Shown piece by piece: positions 51,441 through 61,869 of a stretch of DNA of 64,000 nt. The notes beneath the pieces are model-generated. The model saw only the letters and a program-made list of their open reading frames with translations, was not told where the DNA came from and ran no database searches. The translations under genes and the position numbers were made by a program. The DNA comes from Camelus ferus (taxonomy: Eukaryota), in the NCBI RefSeq assembly GCF_009834535.1, contig NC_045696.1, forward strand, positions 34,970,001 through 35,034,000. Direction: 5' to 3'. Position 1 is the stretch's first letter; the number at the start of each line of letters is the position of its first letter.

Positions 51441-51838
51441 ATGCTAGACGAGATGTGTGTCAGTGCCCTGACCATACACCTTGGGCCTTTCAAGTGTCGG
51501 GCACACCGGACGGACTTCCAGCTGCTGGCATCTGTAACTCATTGCCTGAGGCCCTTCTCTAGTGGCTGGATTCCACTCTACCACAGGCACAGCAGGAAGT
51601 AAGTGCCAGAGAATTAACGCTCTCTGGGAGCAGTATGAAGCCCGTGACTGGTTGGAGTGCATGTATAAATACCTCAGCCTGTGGTTCTTCTGCTGGGCTC
51701 ACTGTAAGAGCTGAGTCCCGCATTAGCTTCCAGACTCCCCAGGTTGATGAAGCTCTGGTTACCTGTAGTGATAACTTGCTTGGTAACAACTCTCTGCTTC
51801 CCTTCTTGGCTTTCCTAGCAGAGTCTCCTGCTATCACG
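51441..51838 (+). mobile_element. LTR16 (ERVL) LTR, 3' end missing
   Basis: gacttccagctgctggcatctg...ttgcctgaggg...aagtgccagagaattaacgc...gggagcag...tgtataaatacctcagc...gtgataacttgcttg. Confidence 0.85.
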
Positions 51839-51879
51839 CCAGTCCTTATAATTATTACCATTGCCTCTAATATGCTACT

Positions 51880-52410
51880 TTCGCAAGAGAAGTGGTAATT
51901 ACAGGGACTCTGGAGGGGATTCGCTGTTTTTAAGTGGCTTTGATGCACTGAAGGAAGAAATTAATTGGACCAAATCAGTCAACTATCAAGTCAGGACCCA
52001 AGGCGAAAGCCAGAAGGCTTTGTTGGTAGTATGTAAAGGAGCCTCCTCGCCTACAGCCTGGGAGCAATTGAGAGTAACAGAGTTTTGAAATAGGCTGAAA
52101 TTCAATCTTGGTAAGTCTCCTGTGCTAACTCAGGCCCCTGAGAGAGAAAGAGCATGGCATGGGGACTGGCTTGGGAAAATCGAACTGATGTGCTTAAGAA
52201 CGGGCACCTCCAGATTTCCCTGAACTCTCTGAACAGCAAAACTGACCCACTCCTCTTAGCAAGATAATAACCAACTCTTCTTGCTTGTAGACTGTGTAGA
52301 GGCTGCATCTGAGGTGATGCTGGATGCATCCTGCCTTCCTTAAAATCTGCCTCCACCTTTTCTCACTGCTTTGGGGCCAATAATGGAATCAAATGTCAAC
52401 ATGACCCAAG
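51880..52410 (+). mobile_element. ERVL internal (ERV3-16A3_I-like) gag-region remnant
   Basis: ttgatgcactgaaggaagaaa, gaaagccagaaggctttgttggtagtatgtaaag, tcaggcccctg, ccagatttccctgaactctctg, atctgcctccacct...ggccaataa. Confidence 0.75.
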
Positions 52411-52414
52411 CGGT

Positions 52415-53150
52415 TGTCCTCACTCCACCAGCATCATATTCTCTGACCCAAGACATTAGTATCTCTCAGCAGGGTTACTGCAAAAGCTTTTAGACTGACT
52501 TTTTGCTATCATCCTTCCCTTTCTCCCATCTCTGCTTCACATGCCAGCCGGAGCTGTCAGCTCACTGCTCTGTTCTTAAAACACTCCAGCAATGTTCTGC
52601 TTCACTCAGAATAAAACTCAAAATGCTTACGATGGACTCTGGAAAGTGCCCTTCCTTTGATGATCCCAGCCTCCACCCAGACTTCTCTGATCTCAATATC
52701 TCCCCTCCTTCCTCGTTCAACTCCATCCACTGTGGTTTTCTTGCTGCTCCTCAAATAAACCACCACCACCCCATCCCAGGCCTCTGTTCCTTCTGCTCAA
52801 AATGCTGTTCCTCTGGACATTCACCTGGTCTCCCTCTCTTTTCTCTTGTAGGTGTTCTTTGAATTGTCACTTTTTTAATGTGGTCTTTTCTTACTGAAAT
52901 TATCAACCTTCCCCCTCCTCTGGGATACCCTACATGACTTGTCTGCTTTATTTTTTCCCACAGCATTATCATCTACTAGTACACAGTTTCCTTTACATAC
53001 TTAATCTGTGTGTTACCTTTTTCTTTTTACTTAAAGATAAACGTTAAGCGCATAGTTCCATTTGTCTGTTTTATTCCCTTACGATCTGCAGCACTCAGAG
53101 CAAGGCCAGCTGCGTAGCAGGTGCTCCATCCACATGTGCTGAAAGGATTA
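52415..53150 (+). mobile_element. L2 LINE 3' region
   Basis: ttactgcaaaagc...ttaaaacactccagc...cactcagaataaaa...tgttccttctgctcaaaatgctgttcc...tagcaggtgctcca. Confidence 0.85.
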
Positions 53151-53209
53151 TTATATAAAGAATAAAATAAGGGAAGAAAGAAAGAAAAAGGGAAAAATTA
53201 GTAATGGCA

Positions 53210-53425
53210 ATTATAATGATAATAATAATTTCTATATATTTACTGAAGTCCTACTTGGTGTCACATAATACAATACTTAGATCAATCCTATAGGTGAAAA
53301 TATATCCATCTCACAGATGAGGAGACTAAGTCTGTGGCCCATTCAGGGAGAAGATTACATGAACGACAGTGGCAGAATGAGGATTTACTAAGTGTGTCTG
53401 ACCCCCATCTCTCCACACTGCCTTC
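53210..53425 (-). mobile_element. MIR SINE
   Basis: ccatctcacagatgaggagactaag...agtggcagaatgaggattt...gtctgac. Confidence 0.75.
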
Positions 53426-53537
53426 ACCAACTACTTTCCAACGGTGACACTCTCTCATTGAGTCATTTAATATTTCAATTGTGTAATGAAGAAACACATT
53501 GATAAACAATACATAAATCAACTTGATTGCAATCATA

Positions 53538-53755
53538 GGTACTGGTTCAGAGCACAGGTTCTCGTATTGGACCCATCCTGGCTCATACAAGTACCGGTAA
53601 AGTTTCCTTGGGCATTTTTGTTTACCTGTCTGTGGCTCAGTTTTCACATCTGTAAAAAGGGGATAACAATAATCTCTCTCTTGTCAGTTTTATAAGAATG
53701 AAGTAACCTGGCACAAATAACATTTAGAATACTGATATTATAAGCAATTATTATG
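53538..53755 (+). mobile_element. MIR SINE
   Basis: tggttcagagcacaggttct...ccttgggca...ctcagttttcacatctgtaaaaaggggataacaata. Confidence 0.8.
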
Positions 53756-53977
53756 CTCGTTTACATTACACATAGCATTGTAAAGATTTACAGTGTTTTC
53801 ACAATGTTTCCATTATTTAATATTTATAGCAATTTTGTGAGGAAGATAAGGAACAGAGTGTGTTGTTGAGCACAGAGGAAGTTTGCTGCAAATGAAGACT
53901 CAGAAAAAAAATGACCCAAAAGGACAAATAATACATGCCTACATTCCCACCATTCAGAAGTGGTAACTCCTCTCCCT

Positions 53978-53979
<2 letters not shown>

Positions 53980-54008
<29 letters not shown>
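53980..54008. repeat. Poly-T tract (29 nt)
   Basis: Uninterrupted T run. Confidence 0.95.
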
Positions 54009-54012
<4 letters not shown>

Positions 54013-54029
54013 AATAACACATTGAGATG

Positions 54030-54320
54030 TACGTAAAGTCTCTTTAAGCAGCTGTGAGGTCCTATTTCCTCCTGTTGTCTGCAGAGGCAACCACTCTTGC
54101 TGGTCTGTACACTCATCCATCCTTTGACAACATGGCACCTTGTATCATAATGGAACAGTACTGTTCTGGTGTTTTAAAACTGTACATGAATATTGTATAT
54201 CAAGCTGTCTGTATTCTGTATTTTCACCTATTATATCTTGAGGCACTATAGTGATATGTATAGATCTAGTTACTTATAACCACTCTATTCTACTGAAAAA
54301 TACAGCACATTTTGTTACTT
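54030..54320 (-). mobile_element. L1ME 3' UTR remnant
   Basis: cagaggcaaccactctt...ttttaaaactgtacatgaatattgtat...tgtatagatctagtt. Confidence 0.55.
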
Positions 54321-54364
54321 TTTAAAAAAAAAAATCCACCCTGTTATTCTTTGATTTGACAGTT

Positions 54365-54515
54365 ACTTATCATTAAATGTTTGATAGGTGCTAGTCTCGG
54401 CTTTAGGTTTACACAGATCGAAATAAAACTCAATCCCTGTCCTCAAGAACAGTCAGATAAGAAAGAAAGTAGAGTGGGATAAATGCTTTGATAAAGGTAG
54501 CCAGAGGATGCTGAG
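54365..54515 (-). mobile_element. L2 3' remnant
   Basis: caatccctgtcctcaagaa...gataaatgctttgataaaggta...aggatgctg. Confidence 0.55.
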
Positions 54516-56449
54516 AAAACTGGAACTTACAAAGGTTAAAAACCTGTCTAAAGTTGTGCAAGTAATAAGCTTTCTCACCCTCACTCTCCACTCAGAGTTT
54601 TCCCCTTAAACTGTGGGTGGAATGATGGATACAGGAGTCATGAGGTGAGAGATGGTGTGAGGCATTCTCTTGCTTTCAGGAAAATTCCCAGATTCTCCTT
54701 GCATTGCAGCCAAAGCTGACCTCATTCCTCCTTCTCTCACCTGGTCTCTGGGTTGGTGAGCACGATCCCATGCTCCTGAAATTATAAATAATAATTCTTA
54801 TTAAAGGACCAAGGGGCTGTAAATGAGTGCCGTGACCATGAACTCTTATGACTGGTTCACAGAAGAGCAGAATAAAGTCAATGTTTCACTTCACCGGGAA
54901 CCAGGAAACCCGGACATGACCTTGTGCAAATGATTTCATCCGTCTGCACCTTGGTAAATATTAGCTTGATTCTCACCTTTATGGTTTCTAGAATGACTTG
55001 GATGGGAGTCACACTCAGAAAAAGAAAACCAAAACAAGGCACCGCATGACCTCAGAGAGTAAGTTCATTTTCTATGTTGATTCTTGGCCATCTTTTCCAT
55101 CAGGTCAAATTTTGTTTGCTTTTTGAAGCTAAAGGAAGTGACTAGCACACCGCTTTGTACGGAGCACACGTTCAAAAATATTTGCTCAACCAATGAACTG
55201 TCATCCACACAAAAAAAGCGTATTAGGAACTCAGCATTCAGAAAGACACAGCTATACATTTTTTGCTCTTTCTAATCAGAAAGTCTCATCTTTTAGACTC
55301 AATTCGCAACACCTGCAGGTCCTTTAGCGCCTTCTGTGTCTCTGCAAGGCGGCTTTCCCCGCAGAAAGTCTGTGTTCTGCCCCAGCTGCACCAATTAGTC
55401 TCCCTGCCTGAGAAGACTGACAATTGTGATCTTTCTCTGGGTGAATGACAGACCTACTGGAGAGTCCACAAATCAAAATGCCAATTTTCTTTTCTCGTTC
55501 AGTTTCTTTTGTGTGGGGTGTTTGTCTGTAATTTCTTCTACAAAAATGCCTTTGGATAGAGATAAAATATCTTCTTTATTTTTTCAAGTTGAACTAAATA
55601 ATGAAGCAGATCTGTGACAGATTTTGACATATTTTGGAATTACAGTCCTTGCCTACAAAGTGTGGCAATCCCGTGAGTTCTTTGAAAGGAATGATTTAAA
55701 AGCGCCAGTGGTACCTAGGAAAAAAGCAGGCTAGTAAAAGGGTAAAGCAATGCAACCTCCTGACAATTATATAAAACAAAATGTGGATTTGCCACTCAAG
55801 TATAAAATCCTAATAGTTCTCAGTTCAAAATATGTTTGTTCTAATTATAATATCATCATTTCTTTACAATTCTCACATAGTCTAAATATTTTATGGTATT
55901 TCAAATTTCTGTACTACTTTAAAAGAAATACATGCGACACTCATAGTATGTTGAAAAACCAATATGAAGGCCAAGAAAATTACACTTATGTCCTATTTTC
56001 TATTAAAAAGATCTCTAATGAAATTATGTTTTCAGAAATCAATTTTTGTTTGTTTTTGGTTTTGTTCATTTGCTTGTCGTTAATTCAGCCATTCAAAGAG
56101 AGCTTTAGGTTAACTTGCAGAATTGAAGGTGAAATAATGTTGAAAAGTACCTTTCCCCAAAGAAATCTAAGAAAGTATATGACAAACGGTGAGAGGATGA
56201 CTAAGGAGGAAAACTAAAACACGAGTTGGCAGCTATACATCGTGAGATCCCGACAAATTCCAGACAAAATGAGTGAACTATGCTTGAGGGTAGACTGACT
56301 TGATTTTACAATGTGGCAGTTCTTCGAGGGGCTTTTTAGGATTCACCCAACATTGTCTTCTTTCCATGTAATGGCTTAAGGGTCAGAACTCCTAGGCTGA
56401 ACTCTGATATAAGCCATTTAAATTGTCCACACGTTCTCTTCTAAGGTGT

Positions 56450-56950
56450 ATTTATTCTTCCCATGCAAACTGCTATATGGAATTCCTACAACGTGTATGG
56501 TGCTATGTTAGATGCTACTAGGGGAGGAAACAGAACCAAAAACAAAAACAAAAACAAAAATAAAAATGGAAAACAGTAACAGAGGGCTGCAGTCAATAAG
56601 CCTACCGGGGGAGGGTGAGATAATACATATGTTTAATTAATTGTAAGTAAGAGAGGAGGGAGAACATCGTAAGAAATAATAATGGGCCCTAGGAATCCTG
56701 AAGAGGAGACTATACCGTGATCAGATGGAGGAAACGGGCAAATTCTTACAGAGGTGGAGATATTTGAACTTGGTCTTAAGTGACAGGAGATGCTGGGTTA
56801 CGTGAAAATTAAAAATGGCATGTGCAAAGGCAAATTTGTAGCCTTATAAAAAGAATATTCTGTAGGCCAATTTAACTGGAGTAAGAATAGAGGGAGACTA
56901 GTTTGTGAACATAAATGAGGACTCAATTGTGGAAACTTGAAAATTGCATC
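56450..56950 (-). mobile_element. L2 (L2c-like) remnant containing a (CAAAAA)n tract
   Basis: cctacaacgtgtatggtgctatgttagatgct...cagaggtggagatatttgaacttggtcttaa...ggcatgtgcaaaggc. Confidence 0.7.
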
Positions 56951-57747
56951 TGACATTATGTTCCCCTTTGAAGAGGGGAAAAATGAATATGAAGGAACAA
57001 AAATCTAAATATTTCAGATAATTAATTTTTTGTCCTGTGAAAGAAGCAGCCATTATTTTAACATGGCATTTGTGATAAACAATATTTTTTATTCATTTGC
57101 ACAGCATGTGTAAGTTTTCACAAAGTATGATAAGCAACAAAGAATAACTTTGTATAATAAGCAATCACTTTTATTTTGTATAGGATGAAAGAAAGAAACT
57201 AATAAAACACTCTAGGGAATATATATCAGAGCAATGTATTATTGGTTTTATGTTTTAAACAGTAAGTGTTGAGAAATGCATTCCTCTGAGTATAAAAATG
57301 ATATTAGCAAGTTTGCATAATGTACTGCTGATAATCCTGTTGCAAATAGTTGGAGATTGACTGTATGAAAATGGAACATTTCCTAAAAATTCACTATATG
57401 TTTCAGCAATTTTCACTGGGTCAGTTATAATTTCCAATGAGAGCAAAACTGTGCATGTATAGTGTCGTCTCGAAGGAAGATATCTCACTCAAGCATCCTG
57501 AACAAAACTATTTAATCAGCATGTGTTCTATGTGGGAACCAGAGTATCTTGACTGCAACTGACTTTATGAATCCAACTCTAGATAAATCCCTGCTGCATA
57601 AACTGAAGGATTATTTTGCTGTATATACATATATTTGCTGTGTATTTAAAGCAAATAGAAAGACTGTACCCACACTATGGGTTTAATTATGTAGCATTTA
57701 TTGAGCAAAATAAATAAATAAAATTTTTGATATTTAGAGGTAAGTGC

Positions 57748-57995
57748 ATGCAGTATAATATAGTGATTAAAAAACAGATTAAACGACCAAATAGCCTTGG
57801 TTTGGAGCCTATTCCTTCCACCTGGAAATTATGTGATCCTAGATGTATGTATTTTAAATCTTCCTACACTTCAGTTTCATCACTTGAAACTCTAGAATTA
57901 GAGCTATTAAAAGAATTAAATGAAATACTACAAGTCAGTTGTTCAGGACGTGCCAGCAGGAAGACTGCTCCATGCCTGTCAGAAGGTGTTACTGT
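57748..57995 (+). mobile_element. MIR SINE
   Basis: gcagtataatatagtgattaa...tgtgatcct...cttcagtttcatcacttg...gaattaaatgaaata. Confidence 0.75.
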
Positions 57996-59273
57996 GGAAA
58001 ATAGTCATTGCCTTTGCCGTTGTGTTCCAGGTGCGTTATACCAACTCTCTCTTCCCTGGAGTGCTGGTGAAATCTTGCACCAAGTTTAATTAGGAATACC
58101 GTCTCTTAATTCCTTCGGAATCCTCTTCCTTTGCCACATTCTGCAGTTACTGGAGCTCTGGGAACTCTGACATGGATCCGTGTACTTTTCCCAGGGAGCA
58201 CTCAGCACGTACATATACTTGGGTCCTTCAGTTCACTTTAGTATGAAAACAACTTGTGTGTAATAAGAGTTATAAGTGAATGGAATTTAAATAGCTAAAA
58301 CCATGGGTACCTTAGTCATTTTTTTTTTTTATATATTTTATGTTTGAAACCCTAAAGGGCGATTCTCTGCACAAGAAGGGAAACTGGAGAGTGTAAAGTC
58401 TAAGAATTCTTATTTCACCAGCCATGTTATTAGAAAGAACAAGCAAACCTTATCTTCAGTACATTAAAGGAAAGGTCACTGCTTGAGCAGCTTTTCATTT
58501 CCTTCACTGCATTTTCCTTTTGGAACAGTGTCATTTCCGGGCAAGAGCCTATCACTTGTTCTTTCATTTTTTTTTCTCTTTCAAAATACTTAGGAATCTA
58601 AAAATATCATTTTTTCACTTGGTTATTTCACAAAAAAGCCATCCTTCTCCCCTCTTACCCTTCTACTTTTCTTTATATCCTGCGGCCATATTTTTGCTGT
58701 GTGATTTTTCAGTTGTAGCTGTTTGTTTGGAAAAGGGTTAATATCAATTCCTGACCCTGTGAAATAGAGGTGAGATAAAAAGCTGGGTGTCTTGATAGGA
58801 AGCACCATAAAGTCAACTGAGGGAAGCCAAGGAAATCCAATTTGGGGTCCTTGCAAACTTATCAGCTTTCAAACCACTCATCACATTATAAATTATTTAC
58901 ATGTTTAGATTTCCATAGTGATTGATTAATGTGAAAAATGCTATAAACTGAGTAGAATCTTTTTCAATCTTCAGTAAAATTTCAGAACATACAGATGAAA
59001 CAGTATAAGAATCATATTTCTTTAAAAAAAAACCAAAATGTTTTTGAAGTAATTTTTTTTAAAAAACAAAGATCTTTATGAGGAAGATGACATTGTTAGT
59101 ATCTACTAATTTCTCAGTATTAGTTAAGTACATAATAAAACTGAAAAAGTGAGATGAAAAGTATACAAAAATGAAAAAAAATTAGCAACATCTTTCTCAA
59201 GCATTTGTGAGTTTAAGGTAAAATAATGTTGCCAAAATGGCACAGCCATAGCCCTAGAATTACAATTTAAGGC

Positions 59274-60030
59274 TTTTTTTTTTTTTTTACTAAATTTTAT
59301 CTATTCATTCTTTTTAAAAATGAAGTATAGGTGATTTACAATATTGTGTTAATTTCAGGTGTACAACAGAGTGATTAAGTTAATTATTTTCAGATTATAT
59401 TTTATTGTAGGTTGTTATAAGACATTGAATGTAATTCCCTGTACAGTACAGTAAATTCCTGTTGCTTGTCCATTTTATGTATAGTAGTTTGTACCTATTA
59501 ATCTCATACTCCTAATTTGTCCCTCCCTAACCCCCTTCCCCTTCGGTAAATATAAATTTGTTTTCTATGTCTGTGTGTGTTTCTGTTTAGTATATAGATT
59601 CATTCATATTATTTCTTAGATACCATACATAAATAATATCATATAGTATGTCTTTCTCTCCCTCACTTACTTCATTAAGCATAATATTCTCTAAGTCCAT
59701 CCACGTTTCTGTAAATGACATTTCATTCTTTTATGACTAATGCTCCATTGTGTGTGTGTGTGTATATATATATATATGTGTGTGTATATATATCACAGCT
59801 TCTTAAGCTAATCATCTGTTGATGGGTCCTTGAGTTGTTTATATGTCTTGGCTTATCATAAACAGGGCTGCAGTGAACACTGGGGTGCATGTATCTTTTG
59901 AATTAGAGTTTTTGTCTTTTCTGGATGTATGTCCAGGAATGAGATTGCTAGATATGGTAACTGTTTTTAGTTTTTTAAGGAACTTCCATACTATTTTCCA
60001 TAGTGATTACACCAACTTACATTCCTACCA
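59274..60030 (-). mobile_element. Artiodactyl-type L1 3' end with an internal (TG)(TA) microsatellite
   Basis: T-tail; gaagtataggtgatttacaatattgtgttaatttcaggtgtacaac; gctgcagtgaacactggggtgcatgtatcttttgaattag; ttttttaaggaacttccatact. Confidence 0.9.
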
Positions 60031-60459
60031 AAAATGCTCTGATATATTATCCATGCTTATACATTTAATTCTGATACTAATAAAATTTTGATAGACATAA
60101 AAGCAAATAAAACATGTGACCATTTCTAAAATGCAGCAACCTTGAAGCAAAAATTATTATAAATATGCAAATAATTTGTAATCAGTATTTTGGAAGAGTG
60201 TTTAAATGGAAATTGTAACAGGGCTTCACTTTCCTTAGGGAGGATGCTTTTTGGAATAGAAGGAATTAAGAAGGTGTTTGGCAGAAGGAAATAAAGTAAC
60301 ATTTTAGACAATGTAACAAGTTTATTACAAATGCCAGGATACAGTACAAAAACTTGAGTCCTGAGTGATGAAACCAGAAGAGATTTTTTTTTTTAAAAAG
60401 GTAAATATACTGGTTGCAGGCAGTGCAAAAGTAGTGCATAAAAATTATTCAGCCTCTGG

Positions 60460-61047
60460 TCTGTTATTTTAGTTCTATAGGGGAAAAAATGAGTGAATGG
60501 GGAAAGGAAGGGGCAGCTCCTCCTTCCACCAGGTGGAGGTGGAAGATTAGCTTCTTGTTTGGTGCTGTTAATACCACCGCCCTCAGGGCGGTTGCAGTGC
60601 TGCCACCTGTTTTAATAGAAAAGGGATGAGATGGGAGATCAGCCCATTGCTCAGCCTCACTGAAACCAGGCATGAGGGGGGTTCTGTTGGTATTTTTGGG
60701 TATAGTAGGCTGAGTATTTCCCAAACTGTTTTCCTATTCTGTTCGGTCCCTTTAGGGAACAGACTTCATCTGGAAGTTTTCTTTGTTTTGCTTTTGCCTG
60801 TTGGAGGTTCTGGACTATAACCTTTCACAGCACTCTGCCCAGGATACACAGGAGGCAATAAGGAAATCCAGGGGTACCCACCACTCTGTTAATCCTCAAG
60901 GCCCAAGGTCCCCAGACAGTCCACATTCTTGTTTCTACCTTCCAGAATCTTGCACTTGTTTGTTGTGTTATGTCCCGGAGATTTTTAGTTGTAGGAGGGC
61001 TAACCTTGGTGAAACGGGGCAACTCTATTCGAGCTGAGAGTGGAAGT
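60460..61047 (-). mobile_element. Isolated old L1M 5' UTR
   Basis: Ends ...ttctaccttccaga...gatttttagttgtagga...gagagtggaagt (reverse of an acttcc...tacaactaaaa L1M 5' start). Confidence 0.7.
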
Positions 61048-61795
61048 GTACATTGTTCGTTTTTATTCTATTGATCACATTTGCAGGTGTTTTCCATTTC
61101 TCTCACACTCTCCTTTAGACATGCAGATTTCTAAACTATTTTTTCTTTCATGTGGCAATATATTTTGAATGTGCTCCTAAAAATTATAGATAATGGACAA
61201 AGCACTACTTACAGCTAAGGAGACTTACTGTCTCTTCTCTCCCGGAAACTATTTTAAAGCTTATACTATAATAATTCAGAGAATAAGGAACTTGACAAAT
61301 GTCATATACTTCGATAATGACTGAGCTTTGATTTTTAACCAGGTCTGTGAGGTTCCAAACCAGTTTTTTTTCCTTTACTGCATGATCTTCCTTGAACAGA
61401 ATCAATGCTTTACTTTACATCATTCATGATATCAATATATCATGAATTCTTTAAATAAAGATCACTTTCAATTGTATTTTTAAGCTTAGTGCCTAGGATA
61501 TACTAAGCATTTAACAAAGTGTGTTTCTTAAATAGGTGCTAATTGGAAACTACTTTAATTTTTTTTTTTAAAGAAAGTAAAAGATCTTAAAGAGATTAAA
61601 GGGTACCCTGACAAAAATAAAAGGGAAATAATTCTTTGTAAAAGCTCCTTTTTCCTGGTGAAAAGGAAGGAAAACTTAGAGGCACTTATCAAGAAAAGAA
61701 AAGGGTTTAAAATGAATATAAAATAAAGGCAACTTATCCTGAGACTAGAACATGAAAGGAATTATTAAATCATCTTCTTTCAACTTTATCTGCAG

Positions 61796-61869
61796 AGTCA
61801 TCAGTTAAATATGCCAGATGAAGAGTTTGTGATGGAGAACACTTGCTGGATCAAAACCAAGAGCGAAAG
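61796..61869 (+). other. Candidate 74-nt internal exon (host gene unknown)
   Basis: Acceptor catcttctttcaactttatctgcag| and donor AAG|gtaagc; one frame open (SHQLNMPDEEFVMENTCWIKTKSE); no recognised homology. Confidence 0.3.

Noticed and set aside
55750..56217. 155-aa ORF
   Set aside because: AT-biased composition with no recognisable homology.
60576..60592. Palindrome accgccct-c-agggcggt and nearby CTCF-like ccaccaggtggag
   Set aside because: They lie within an old L1 5'UTR; short motifs with no independent support.
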